NCBI RefSeq assembly: GCF_963921235.1
Contig: NC_086118.1
Span: forward strand, 23,624,001 to 23,688,000
Origin: Mobula hypostoma
Lineage: Eukaryota
DNA length: 64,000 bases
Direction: 5' to 3'
In this document: positions 26,003 to 39,165 of the stretch, piece after piece
Numbering within the stretch: position 1 is the stretch's first letter
Layout of the letters: every line of letters starts with the position of its first letter
Notes under the pieces: generated by a model
Seen by the model: the letters and a program-made list of their open reading frames with translations, nothing else
What the model was told of the DNA's origin: nothing
Databases searched by the model: none
Program-made: the position numbers and the translations under genes

Positions 26003-26888
26003 TGTTATGTAACCGGCAACAATGAATATTAATCAAGACAGGTTATATAAAAACAACCAAACATTTATTAAACACGTATAAACAATAAGGAAAAAAAAAC
26101 AAAGGAAAACTTTAACCGGGGGTTAACAGGTACGCAGCCGTTCACCAACTCCACTGGGCTCTGGTTCTTAAAGCGTTAAATGCAAAAACAGTTCTTAAAG
26201 CGATTCAGTCAGATATAGTTCTTAAAGCGATAACTTCGAAAGTCCAACAGTTTTACACATTCAATTGGGAGAGACTTCTCTGGAGAAGGATTTCTTCACA
26301 GACGCACCTTAACTGCTGGTTCTGTCCATAGGATTCCCAATGCCAAAAATAAACAGTTCAAATCGACTGACCTTACATTCCCTTAGAGAGAGAGAGAGAG
26401 AGAGAGTACCTTTTTGCATGAACTCATTGCCCTTTTGCAAGAGTTATCTCGATGCAGGTTCTCTCCAACGAAGACTCAATAAGGTCGATTCTTTATTAAA
26501 CTGCCAAATGATGCCGACTTCTCTTGATCCTTCACTTCGATGAATTCTTCACTCTCCCTTCAAAACTGTCGGAATTGAGTAAATTGGCACTTCCAGCCAC
26601 AAATTTCCAGTCCAATAATACAATATCTTGTAAGAGAATGCACCTTCCGTTTTAAAAATGAAACTGCGTCACAAAAACAAACACACAACTGAAACGGAGG
26701 CACAACACGTTCTACCTGGAAATCTACAAACTCAAAAACTAACTGCGTCACCTGGGTCGACCCTTATATAGTCACGGGGCACATGTCATCACGTGACCTC
26801 ACATTGGCGGGAAAATCACATCAGGTAACCTCCAAAAGACCATTACATCATTCTCACCAAAAAAAAAAATCTCCTTGAGCATGTAACA
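26003..26888 (-). mobile_element. Solo LTR, 886 bp
   Basis: TGTTA...TAACA termini; TSD CAGA at 25999-26002 and 26889-26892; minus-strand TATATAA near 26765 and AATAAA near 26065. Confidence 0.8.
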
Positions 26889-26908
26889 CAGATCAATTTT
26901 ATTTGTTC

Positions 26909-27957
26909 AAGCAACAGACACAAAATGCTGGAGGAGCTCAGCAGGCCGGACAACATCTATGGAAAAGAGAACAGTTGACATTTTGGGCCGAGGCCCTTCA
27001 GCGGGACTGGAGAAAAAAAAGATGAGCAGTAGAGTTAAAAGATGGAGGGGAGGGGAGGGAGAAACACAAGGTAATAAGTGAAACTGGGAGGAGAAGGTGT
27101 GAAGTAAAGAGCTGGGAAGTTGATTGGTGAAAGAGATACAGGGCTGGAGAAGGGGCAGTCTGATTGGAGAGGACAGAAGGCCATGGAAGAAAGAAAAGGG
27201 AGGAGGAGAACCAGAGGGAGGCGATGGGCAGACAAGGAAATAAGGTGAGAGAGGGAAAAGGCAACACTTCATCTGTGAGACTTTTGGGATCATATACTAA
27301 GTCCGGTGTTCCTGGTGTGGCCTCCTGTATATTGGGTAAGACCCAACATAGATTGGGAGACTGCTTCACCGAGCACCTACACTGCATCTGCCAGAAAAAG
27401 TGGGATCTCCCAGTGGCAACCCATTTTAATTCTATTTCCCATTCCATTTCCAATATGTCTATCCAAGGCCTTTTCTACTGTCGCGATGAGGCTACAGTCA
27501 GGATGGAGGAACAACTGTCTGGGTAGCCTCCAACCTTATAGCATGAACATCAATTTCTTGAATTTATGGTAATGCCCTCCCACTTTCACCATTCCCCATC
27601 CCCTTTTCCCTCTCTAACCTTATCTCGTTGCCTGCCTTGCCTCCCTGTGGTTAATCTCCCCCCATTTCTTCTTTCCATGGCCTTCTGTCCTCTCCTGTTA
27701 GATTCCCCCTTCTTTCACTGATCAACTTCCCAGCTCTTCACTTCACCCCCTCCCCCTCCCAGTTTCACCCATCACTTTGTGTCTCTTTCCCCTCCCCCCA
27801 CCTTTTCATTCTACTCCTCATCTTTTTTTTCTCCAGTCCTGCTGAGAAGTGTCGACTGTACTCTTTTCCATAGATGCAGCCTGGCCTCATGAGTTCATCC
27901 AGCATTTTGTGTGTGTTGCTTGGATTTCCAGCATCTGCAGATTTTCTCTTGTTTGTG
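26909..27957. mobile_element. Penelope-like tails-out hairpin insertion with GIY-YIG remnant
   Basis: Inverted 3' UTR arms; plus-strand ILGKTQHRLGDCFTEHL..PVATHFN; near-TSD TTATTT(G/A)TTCA. Confidence 0.85.
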
Positions 27958-28135
27958 GTTATTTATTCATATTGTTTTATTATAACTGTTTAGATTCAAT
28001 CTGTGGTGGGCAGGCAAACAGGACCTTTGCCACACAAGTCTGACACTAACTTCATTTTATCCTCCTCATACTCCTATCAATCCCTGTCCTCCGCCTTCAC
28101 TCAGATTCCAGCACCACTCATCAAAACACACAATT

Positions 28136-28705
28136 TAGACTCAGTGGCCATTTTATTAGGCACACATTATACACCTGCTCATTAATACAAAAATATAATC
28201 AGCTAATCATGTGGCTGCTACTCAGTGCATAAAAGCGTAAAGCCTTGGTCAAGGGGATCAGTTGTTATTCAGATCAAACATCAGAATGGGGAAGAAATGA
28301 TCCAAGTAACTTTGACCATGGAATGATTGCTGGTGCAAGACAAGGTAGTTTGAGTGTCTCAGGAACTCTCCTGGGATTTTCATGCACACCGGTCTCCAGA
28401 GGTTAAAGAGAATGGTGCGATAAACAAAAAAAAAGACATTCAGTGAGAGGTAGTTCTGTGGACAAAACTGCCTTGTTAATGAGAGAGGTCAGAGTGGAAT
28501 GGCCAGACTGGTTCAAGTTGAAAGGAAAGTGAAAGTAACTCAGATAACCAGGCATTACAAAAGTGGTGTACAGAAGAGCATTTCTGCATGTACAACACTT
28601 CCAACCTTGAAGTGGATGGGTTATGATAGAGAAAACCATGAACGTACATCTAGTGGTCATTTTATTAGGTATAGGACATACCTAATAAAGTTACTATTGA
28701 GTCTA
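28136..28705 (+). mobile_element. Internally deleted Tc1 DNA transposon
   Basis: TIRs TAGACTCAGTGGCCATTTTATTAGG and CCTAATAAAGTTACTATTGAGTCTA with TA ends; N-terminal transposase remnants (FDHGMIAGAR, MARLVQ..QKSIS). Confidence 0.85.
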
Positions 28706-28709
28706 CTTT

Positions 28710-28922
28710 CGCCAATTAACCCACCAGCCCACACATCGTTGGGATGTGCGAGGAACCTATCAACTGGTATGTCTTTGGACTGTGGGAGGAAACTGGAGCG
28801 CCTGATGGAAACCCACATGGCCACGGAGAGAATGTTCAAACTCCTTACAGGCAGTGGCAGGAACTGAACCCTGGTCACCTAAACTATAAAATGTTGTGCT
28901 AACCCGCTATGCTACTGTGCTG
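28710..28922 (-). mobile_element. V-SINE, degenerate
   Basis: GTCTTTGGACTGTGGGAGGAAACTGGAGC (reverse V-domain), with a tRNA-like head toward 28920. Confidence 0.7.
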
Positions 28923-30949
28923 CTGCATGTTCTTCTGGGAAAAAAAACACGAGATCAAGCTGAGGTGAATGCAATTTTAAAAAAAACTAATCACAAATTA
29001 TACAGAATATAAATAGGGACTGGTAAGGGTAGTCTGAGATGAACCATTCAGAACAAGTGGGAGATATTCTTAACAGATGTTAAGCATGGTTTTAAATTTA
29101 TGTGCTTTAATTATGTTTGCAGTGAACTTTGTAATAATGCATTGTAAGAATTACAAATTATATAGAACATCTTAATAAAATTCTATCTTTGGATGTGAAC
29201 GTTGAGCTGTAGTGTAACTGAGAAATACTGGTGTAGGCCCCAAAGGGCTAATAGGAAAACAGCTGCTACTAAACAACAAAAAAAGAGAACTGATACTTTG
29301 GGAATAGGTGACACTTTGAAAGTCACAATATAGAGTTTCATGACTGTATCTAAGACAGACAACAGCTTAATGATTTCATTTACCCTGCCTGTCCTTCACA
29401 AACCCCATGCCATTTTACATCCCTGGTTCATGTGTGCATGTGGATATAACATTTCATAAGTGAAAATCAAGTGGGTTTTCAGACCGGTTCGCACTGCAGA
29501 TCAGCAGCATATCCATCTGATGTGCTCTGTTGTCTTTGCAGCATTACAGTGGCACAGTCTTACCTCTACATCCTGCCAGAAACTGTTTCCATCCAGAAGA
29601 ATGTCAATTCATATCTGCAAAGACCCCACAGCAACACAAAGTCATAAAAAAGGGATAGGTGTTCATGCGAAGAAACATTTAACAGCTGTTTTCTATCCTC
29701 TGATGGCCTTTTTTCAGCTGCTAATTATGTTGTCTTCAAATATTCTATAAGGAAAGGAATAATCGACAGCATTCAGCATCACTACTAAGTTTGTACTAAC
29801 CCGTTAACATTTGAACCCCACTCTGTAAAACAGGATAAAATTCTGCTTGTGCAGAACAAACTTATTTTTGCTGAGTTGGTTATGATGTGAAAGATTGCAT
29901 AAGTGGCCACACCCAAGTCTGATGAGCATATAAATTGTATTTGCAGTAATATCTAGATGTGAGAACTTTGAAGAATGACTTAGTTGTTCTACTGTTTGAA
30001 TTGTCCTGAAGTTCATTCCCAGGCCATAACACACTATAGCAGCACCAAAGCTTTGTCCTCTGCATCTGAATGCATTTGGGAGGCAGAAGCACGATGTAGT
30101 GATGCAATTATAAAACACGTTTAAATACAAACAACTATGGTTAATATTCTGTCCAGTGTTCTGAGGATTATGACTTTATTCTCGTGTGGAATCTTTTCTA
30201 AATGATCCACTTTTCCAAAAGGTACACTGCTGCTCCTCAGGTTCCTAACATTTTACATCTCAGTTCAGGAGCCATTCCTCTAATCTGTGCCTGGACTAAA
30301 AGACGTGTTGGAGTGGCAGCCAGCAAGAATTGTGGAATAACAGACAGGTAGAGGTGAATCATTCCCCCTCCTAAGCTAGGGGCACTTACGGAACAGAAGC
30401 ACTCAACTGATTTCTCAAGCTGGATCTGAAAATGCAAACTGGGAAAAATGAAGCTGTCTATTTTTCCTGCAAGGTCCCATTCTATTATATTTGTTGACCA
30501 GCACCTTTGCTTAGATGAATGAATGAATCACGTTTTCATTGGAAGAGTCTAAGGATCAGAACAAAAAAAATGTAAGGTGCTATTTCATACCTTAACAATA
30601 ATAAAATGGATTCAGTCTTTACTATTTCATATTTTACAACTTCCTGTAGTTGAAATGGGATAAATGTAATTAATGTAAGGGAGCTTGAAACTGGATAGAA
30701 GAGTAAGTTTCTTCAAAGATTCAATATATATCTAATTGTTCAATCTCAGTTCTATAGTGCAGTGACTGTAATTACTTACTTCAAAGTTAAGTTCTTAAAC
30801 TTGGTTCAAATTGCCTGTGCTACATTGTCCGACCAAGTGCAGCTCTGGAGATCTCTGTTGTGCAGTAATTTTTTCTCTCCTCTGTAATGCATGTAGACGG
30901 TAGCATAATTTACAAATACATTTATTTAAATTTCTTCTACTACTTCCTT

Positions 30950-31310
30950 AGCAGAGGGGTCAAAAACAAGGGGCTATGTTCACAGTGTTAGTAGCAAGGT
31001 AAGAAGGGAGATGAAGTAGGTTTAAATCTCATAGTGGGTGGTAGACGTCTGGAATGTACAACCCAAAATGGTGAAAACTTCATCTTATAAAAGCGGTGCA
31101 TGGATATCTACTTGAAGAACTGTGGCTAATAGGATTTAGTTCTCGAAGGCCCTCATAATGCTTAAACCATATGAGATATGTATTAAGGACTTGTACCTGT
31201 AGGGCTGAGGACTTATCACTGGAATGTGTGATCTGGTTGGGTTAATCTATTCTAATTAGCACAAACAAGGGGCTGAATATTCTCCTCCAGTGTCATAACT
31301 TTTCTATGAT
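30950..31310 (+). mobile_element. Very old CR1 3' fragment
   Basis: Degenerate similarity to the CR1 3' end (GGGCTGAATATTCTCCTCCAGTG..TTCTATGATTC). Confidence 0.5.
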
Positions 31311-31334
31311 TCCACTATTGTAATTGTAACTTCA

Positions 31335-31501
31335 GTCTGTAAGGAGCTCTGTACATCCTCTCTGTGGAATGTATAGGTTTTCCCTGGGTGCTGTGGTTTC
31401 CCTCAACAGTCCAAAGACATAATGGGTAGGGTAATTGGTCATTGTAAGTTGTCCCATGATTAGCTTAGGGTTAATTGGGGTTGTGGGCTTGCTGGGGTGG
31501 G
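31335..31501 (+). mobile_element. V-SINE fragment
   Basis: GGGTGCTGTGGTTTCCCTCAACAGTCCAAAGAC...TTGGTCATTGTAAGTTGTCCC. Confidence 0.75.
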
Positions 31502-32950
31502 TGTTATGTTTGTTCTTAATAAAGACAAACTTGTGTCAGTAACAAAAACTAATGCATTGTTTATTTACAGAATGGCTTCGGTTTGAACACATTTCACTCG
31601 GGACACTCCAAAGAGTGTGTGACCCATTCTCCAATTTTGTCTGTTCTTGGTGAACACCCCACATTACGTAGTGGGAATTGAATTTCTTAATATGTACACA
31701 CCTAATGACACATCTTCCCCCTGTAAGGTGTTTCTTTTTTTATGTTACTGCTAAGGCTAATAAAATGGCTTCTTTGTTATGTTTAAAAATAAAACGGCTT
31801 CTCTGTGATGTTAACTGCTGAGACAGTGGTTCTCTCTAGCAGCTTGTTTGGGTTATAATTACTGATAAAGAAAATTGTATTCATTTGCTAACCAATTGGG
31901 ATAGATGTTATTCTTTCTTGTGTGTCTGTAAGCTATTGTTTTTGTGGGCTTGGGGCAGAAGGTACGATGGGGACAGAGAGAAGAGACGTGACGCTGTAAG
32001 CTGGGTGACGGAACAGACCCTGAGTGGGATCCCGAGGCCCAGGGTCTTCGGGAAGGAGAGGAGACGAGGACAGACTCGTGTGGAGCATCTGGTCGACCAC
32101 CGTGGTTACTCCCAGGCGGCGGGTCGAGGGGGTCAGAGGAGATCGCATGGTGGGAAGAAGTCCCCGTTCATTGAGCTCCAAGGGTTGTGCATGAAGTGGT
32201 TGAACTCTGATGAGTTTGGCGCCTTTTATTTTCCTTTTATATTGTATCTCTATTAATTACATAGTTCCAGTAAGATTTATAAAGTGTAATCATTTAATCG
32301 CATATGGTGTACTGTCTGTTATGTGGCGTGGTTGGGGTACATGACACAGCATCTACACAAACTGATTACCCAGTTTGGCAGGGCTGAAGGCTGCTCCCCC
32401 TAGACAAAAGCGAGCTGAGTGAATCTGAGGCTTACTGGGGGCTACACTCCTTTAAAGAAAACAAACATAATAGTATGTTTTATAAACCTGCAAGACACAA
32501 TAATGCTTTCCAGCAAAGATATTTAGATTAACTTCAGTTGTTATAAGCAAAAATAGTCTCTTATTCACTCATCGATTGTCAATCTACCTCTGTGGTGGTT
32601 CAATTATCCCTTTCAATCTGCTATTTGTTTCCACAGACGTATAGCTTTCATTTGCTGTGTTCAGCCTCTGTTCATGTTCTTACTGTGTGGCCATTCTTCA
32701 CTAAATGTGCATCATAATGGAACCCTGGACTACATCCATGTGATCAGTGAGTCTTTACACAAGTTCCAACCAATCCATTTTAATTCACAGAGCTTCTTCT
32801 GTTGGTTGTGTATAATAGATAGCAACTCCCCCTATTGGTTTTTGTTGAACTGTTGCTATTGTTTTGACTTGGGGTCTTGTAAGGTTGGGAGGATATTTAA
32901 TTATATGGAACTGTGTAGTTGGAAACAAGTTCTGCTCAAATAATAATGTC
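31502..32950 (-). mobile_element. Gypsy 3' remnant (LTR 31502-31710, PPT, integrase tail)
   Basis: TGTTA..TGACA LTR; PPT GGGGGAAGATG; SRLKGIIEPPQR-like tail near 32580-32625. Confidence 0.55.
31722..32446 (+). mobile_element. Solo LTR inserted in the PPT of the Gypsy remnant
   Basis: TGTAAG...GCTACA termini; flanks CCCC and CTCC; CpG-rich; CCAAT box. Confidence 0.7.
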
Positions 32951-32956
32951 ATCTAA

Positions 32957-33615
32957 AGCAAGACACACAAAATAGTGGAAGAATTCACAGGTTAGGCAGC
33001 ATCTGTGGAAGTGAATGGATAGTCAAAGTTTTGGGCTAAGACCCTTCTTCAGGACTGGGAAAGAAGCAGGGAGATGCCAGAATAAAAAAAAAGTGGTGGA
33101 GGGGAAGGAGGCCAGCTGGAATGTGATAGGTGAAGCCAAGTGGGTGGGAAGGGTCACAGACTGGGGAGGAAGGAATCTGACAGGAGAGGAGAGTGGATTA
33201 TAGGAGACAGGGAAGAAAGAATCCAGAGAGAGATGATAGGTGGGTGAGAACAGGTTAAAGGTCAGAGTGGGACATAGAGGAGAGGGGTGGTGGGGGTGGG
33301 GGATTATTTTACTGGAAGGAGAAATCAATATTCATGCCATCAGGTTGGAAGCTACCTAGATGGAAGATAAGGTGTTCCTCCTCCACCCTGAGGGTGGCCT
33401 CATATTAGCCCAAGAAGAGGCCAAGGACCGACATGTCAGAACGGGAACGTGAATTTGAATTAAAATATTTGGCTGCTGGGAAGTTCCACTTGCGGTGGAT
33501 GGAGCAGAGGTGCTTAAGGAAGCGGATCCCCAATTTACGATGGGTCTCACCAATGTAGAAGAGGTTGCATCAGGACTCAGGAGCACTGGACACAATAGAC
33601 AACCCCAGCAGGTTT
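32957..33615 (-). mobile_element. Penelope-like 3' fragment (GIY-YIG C-terminus plus 3' UTR)
   Basis: Similar to the 56-57 kb element; decayed hammerhead motif at 33021-33056. Confidence 0.8.
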
Positions 33616-34164
33616 CAGACACCATTACAATACAGGTCAATATAGAGGTATGCATTTATTGTGTCACTGTGTTTACACAATAACCACTGATTATTGTGTT
33701 TCTTGTGCATTTGCATCATTCCAGACTGGGAAGCACCACTCCATGGTTGATAACACCACAATCATAATGATCTTCCCTTCTAAAATGCTGATGTCCCACT
33801 GAAATCATTGCCTGTTAACACGTGATTTAACAGTGTGGACACTGCTCTCTTACACAGGCCAACACTCACACACCAGTATTACATTCCAAGCATACATGTC
33901 CCAACTTTGGATGTCATCTTCACAAAAGAGGACATTTTATGAGCCAGGATGAGTATTGAAGCAGAGAAAATGGGGTAGAATGCCTAGGAGGAGATATGTG
34001 GGAGATATATGAGAGTTTTAGGGTGATTGCTAGATTATTTCAGGAAACCACAGATAAAGTGGAAGGTAAACTGCTCAGCACATATTGATATATTGAGATA
34101 ATCTCAGTGGAGTGTGGACAGAGGTGATACTGCTGCAAAAATCGTTTGGGACAAATGATTGCTG

Positions 34165-35005
34165 ATGCTACACTTGGAGTACTGTGCACAGCTTTGGTGA
34201 CCCTGTTATGGGAAAGACATGATTAAGCTGGGAAGAGTGCAGTAAACTTTACGAGGATGGTCAGGACTAGAGGGTCTAAGTTATAGGAGGAGACTGGACA
34301 GGCTAGATCTTTAGTCCTTGAAACCTAGGAGAATGATGGTGACCTTAAAGAAATGTTTGCAATTATGAAAGGCAAAGATAAGGTGGAATGCATCAGTCTT
34401 TTACCAGGTTTGAGAAGAACAGGAGGCACAGATTTAGGGTGAGAGGGCAAAGATATCCTGACCTGAATATGTCTGGACTCATTTGATTTTGTGTTTTACA
34501 TTCTAAGTTTTTCACACATTTTGTTGTTATCGTTGGTGTGATTTGCTTTTTTTTTGCATGCGAGAAGGGAGTTTTGATGTTTTCTTTGAACAGGTTCCAT
34601 AGTTTCATTGTTTCGTGGCTGTCTGAGGGGTAGGCAAATCTCTGGCATACTTTGATAATAAATGTACTTTGAAACTTTGAAACATTTAAAAGGGATCTGA
34701 GTGGCAACTTTTCATGCAGAGGGTGGTGAACCTACGAATCACCAGAAGAAGTAGTTGAAGCAGATACAAGAGTATTATTTAAGAAGTGCTTGGATGAGTA
34801 AGTGGAGAGACAGGGATTAGAGGGAAACAGGCCAAGTTTGTGAAGAAAAAGCATTTCAGGATGTATATCGTACATATTTCCCTGACATTAAATTGTACCT
34901 TTGAACCTTGGAAGTGCAGATGGTTGGAACTAGCTGGGTGGACATCATAGTCAGCATGAACTCAGAGCTGAAGGACCTCTATCTTTGCTCTGTTACTCCC
35001 TGATT
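34165..35005 (+). mobile_element. Old CR1 3' fragment with short retroposon inserts (34455-34680, ~34838-34908)
   Basis: LEYCAQLW-coding start; CR1 3' UTR; insert shares the TTTGA tail family. Confidence 0.7.
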
Positions 35006-35617
35006 CTAACGGGGCGGGGGGGGGAGGTACATCATGAATCTGGAGAAAGAGCTTTGTATCTGCAAGATGTTTGCTTGGAGTTATGAAATGAGCTGAATTA
35101 AACTCAGATTGGGCTCATACCTTGAGAGATGGCTGTACAGTGAGAAGGAAGTTTTCCAAAAATTCTGAAGATCCAATAAGAGATGTCACATTTGGTGCAG
35201 TCTTTCTATTAGTGGGTCAGTATAATGTGGCAAAGTGTCATGGCTTAATGTGGACATTAGGAACAATTCACAGAGGGAAGGCTGGTGGAGATGACTTTTT
35301 AACTTTAAGAAGGACAGCAAGAAAGAAAATAAGATTCAGATTCAAATGTTAAGATGCAAGAAGATGATGGCAGGGGAATGAAGATATGGCATCTTAAGAA
35401 GCAGAAAAGATGAAAATAATCTGGTTATCCTCATGTATGTTATCTATAGTTATGAGACCTATGCTCAGGAGCAATTGTAGTACAGGATGCTAGTGTGCAG
35501 CTAATGGTGAAGACAGCTCAATAAACTGGGTAGATTTATGTTTAAATAAACTTTTAAATGTATAAATAAATGTCTTTCTAAATAGCTAACTATTTACAGA
35601 CAATGTTCCCTCTAAGA

Positions 35618-35650
35618 TGTGCGCGTGTGTGTGTGTGTGTGTGTGTGCGC

Positions 35651-35727
<77 letters not shown>

Positions 35728-35733
35728 CGCGTG
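35618..35733. repeat. (TG)n/(CG)n compound microsatellite
   Basis: Directly visible. Confidence 0.98.
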
Positions 35734-37019
35734 CTTGAGTGCACACACATCTTTTGCTACTGGTAACCAAAAGGTTATCACCTTCTACCTCATTGGCATG
35801 TTAGGTATATTTCATGAATGTACACAATCACATTTCCTTTTCTGGTTCCTGATGCAGACGGTGTTGACAACATGGAATTTGCGATGATTTGTCTGCAGAT
35901 TTTAGAACTGGCTTCCTTACACTGTTATTCAGTGCACACATGTTGTTGTCACTGGACAAAAAATTGCACAGCACAGAATTTTTGTGCACACTGTCCATTA
36001 CAAATTAGAGAGAGCATTGTTTACAGAGAAATATTTTCATATCTGCATGTAGTTAGTTAATGCAAATTTAATGTACGTGGGCTGTTGGTGGAAGCACCAA
36101 AGGATTCTTTTTGATGGAATTCAGAAATTCAGCATGGTATAAATGTGTGTGAGTGTAAGTTTATGTACTATATATGAGGTGGGGTTTTTAGATACTTTGT
36201 TGCACTAACACTGCTTTTAATTGAAAATTAACTGCCTTCTTTCAATAAGGATGCTTTGATGGTAGCTTTATCCTTGTTGGTGAACAGCAGTACAGAAGAC
36301 TACAAAAAGAAAACATAGATATAAAGAAATGAATACCATAACTGACAGATAAATTTAAGGAATATATATTTACTGGATTAATTATATTCTAATACCAATA
36401 ACAAAATCATTGTGAATTTGAAAACATTTTGAACCTGAGATGTTCTTTCTGTTCTTACTGATAAATGAATTACGATTGGCAAGTGCTCATTTTATTTATC
36501 TGTTGTTATATTGCAATCTCATAGAAAGACATGGATGATTCAAGAAGAGGAAAGTTAACACTCCTAATATATGGTTTTATTAAGCAATTGCAATTTTAAA
36601 CCTGCAGTATCATTAGACAATTGCATTACTCACTGATTTTATAACAAGACAAATGAATTGTTCACCTGTGGTTTATTGAAGCCAAGTAAATTTTTCAGCT
36701 GTCTTATCATTAGACAATTACATTGCTCATCTGTGCTGGCATTAAGCAATCACATTGTTCATCTGTGCTATCAGCAGACAATCATATTGTTTACCTGTGG
36801 GAGCAAAACGTAATAATGTTGTTTAATTACTCCATAGATCCCAGAAATGTCGCGCTATATTTAACCCACTATTTAATGTTGGGGAATCCTATCTTTATTT
36901 TTCTTCACACCTGCTTTATTTCTTTGCTAAGAGTTGGACTTTGTGTTGTATGGGGAGCGGAGTAGAGTACAGGCAGGTTATTGGATAACGGGAAATAAAA
37001 TGTCAGGGCATAAAGGAAA

Positions 37020-37230
37020 GCTTTTAAAGATTAGCTTTATTTATTTGTCATATATACGTTGAAAGATCTAGTGAATTGTGTTGTCTGAGGATTGTGCTGG
37101 GGGTAGCCTACAAGTTTTACCACACTTCCGGCACCAACATAGAATGCCCACTATTCACTAACCCTAACTGTATATGTTTGAGATGTGGGAGGAAACAGGA
37201 GCATCAGGAGGAAACACATGTTGTCATGGC
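37020..37230 (-). mobile_element. V-SINE-like fragment
   Basis: TGTGGGAGGAAACAGGAGCATCAGGAGGAAAC, reverse V-domain. Confidence 0.55.
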
Positions 37231-37633
37231 CAACAGACCATTACTGGTCTCTCAGTAAAACTAATATATTAACATGATTTCCTCATTGGTGACAAACTTG
37301 CATCAGTAGGTTGATTATGACTGACACAAACTGATTTCAGTTCAGTGTTAAAAAAAAAAGCAAAGTTGAAAGTGCTTGGAGCTGGAAAACTAAAGAAGGA
37401 ACCATGGAATCCATCAGTTAATGACCAGGCCTTATTTCCGGGTATGTTGCTCAGTAGTGAGGATTCAGAGAGAAATAGTATTCCTTGGCAATGAGAGAAA
37501 GAGTTTGTTTGAAGATACCAAAGGGACATGGTTAGAAGTTGAAGAATAGATTAGCACCTCCAGGAACTGTGCTCATGAATCATTTATAGGAGGAAATTTG
37601 AATCTCTAGCTGTGCAGGAAAGGTATGAGATAT

Positions 37634-37762
37634 TTCCTGATGAAGGGTCCCAGACCAAAGTGTCAACCGTTTATTTGCTCCAAAGTTGCTGTCTGATCTG
37701 CTGATTCCTCCAGCATGTTGTGTGAATTACTTTGGATTAGGATCTGCAGAATTTCTTGTGTT
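37634..37762 (+). mobile_element. Penelope 3' tip with decayed hammerhead motif
   Basis: CTGATGAAGGGTCCCAGACCAAAGTGTC...ATCTGCAGAATTTCTTGTG. Confidence 0.7.
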
Positions 37763-38702
37763 TAAGATAAAAAACACTTCCCATTTATCTTCAATCTGAT
37801 ATAATGTCATCACTCTGTCCATTCTAATCTATTCCAATAGATTATTCTTCAAGTAGTATATTAAAGAAAATCAGATCAGGAACATTTTCATTCTATATTC
37901 AAATCTACTAACTCCCTCAATCATTTTCTGTCAACATTTTCTATCAATTCTCAGCTGACTGCTAAGATAAAGGTTTGTGGTTGAGCCAGTGTACAAGGGA
38001 AGAGATTCTAAAGGGGAAGAAAGGAAAGGCAGAGACAGCTTTTTCAGCATGCCTGCTATTAAGTAATTATTGAGCACCAAGGGAAATCTAAAGCTTTGGC
38101 AAAGAACAGATGCACATAATATAAGGATGACAGTAAAGTAAAATAATTAACCACTATTTCACATTCATAGCCCATTTATAAGTAATGAAATGTGCAATGA
38201 AATATAGCAGAGAATGCAAGTGCAAACTATCCGAGGTGAGGCACAACATAACCAGCAGACTAACTGAGATTACAAAAGAGACATCATCACTCATTAGAGC
38301 AACAGGGAATATAGCTGCTATTACTGCAATGACACCACAAAATATATAACCATAAAAACAAATGGCACAGCAATTCCCAGTGGAATAGTGTGTGACTCAA
38401 AGTTCATATTTATCATAATGTCCAGAGTCAAAGAGGGTCAAACTTAGATGAATTTGGATGCTCAGGAAGGAGCCAATTTTTGTCATTTTCCTATTAGTTC
38501 ATTTGCTTAAAATGTAAAAAAAAGTTATGCATTCAGAGAGGAAATTTACATAATTTCATCACGTGGCAAATTTCTCCCATCCTGCTGTAGAACTTCAGCA
38601 TTTTAAATTCTCATTTACTATTACAGTTTGCCATAACCATAGCTTATTCACTCTTCATCGCATTCTCTGTATTTTTTTCTTGACAATAACATAACAAGTT
38701 AA

Positions 38703-39165
38703 ATTCAGAATCAGAATCAGGTTTAATATCGCTCACATATGATGTGAAATTTGTTTTTTTGTGGCAGCAAAACATTGCAATACATGATAATAAATCCACA
38801 ATATGAAATATATATAATAAGAGAATTTTTAAATGAATTAAGCAATTCAAAAAGAGAGCAAAAAAAAGCACTGGTCCATGGTCCATTCAGAAATCTGATG
38901 GGGGAGGGAAAGAATCTGTTTTACCTTTTGAAGATGTCCTCGAATCTGGGGAGGCTAGTGTCGATGATGGAGTTGGCTAACTTTACATCTTTCTGTAGCT
39001 TTTCCTGATTGTGTGCAGCAGCCCCTCCACACCATACGGTGATGCAACCAGTCAGAATGCTCTCCATGGTACATCAGTAGAAATTTGCAAGTGACTTTGG
39101 AGAAATACTAATTCTCTTCAAACTCCTAGTGAAATATAGCCACAGTCATATCCTGGATGTAATTG
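38703..39165 (-). mobile_element. Rex1/Babar 3' fragment
   Basis: (AGAATC)n tail; similar to the 21 and 24 kb copies. Confidence 0.7.

Noticed and set aside
29563..29613. Minus-strand 51-nt segment between a CTTTGCAG acceptor and a GTAAG donor
   Set aside because: Stops in all three frames; no other support
35590..35887. HT- and CV-repeat ORFs
   Set aside because: Translation artefacts of the microsatellite
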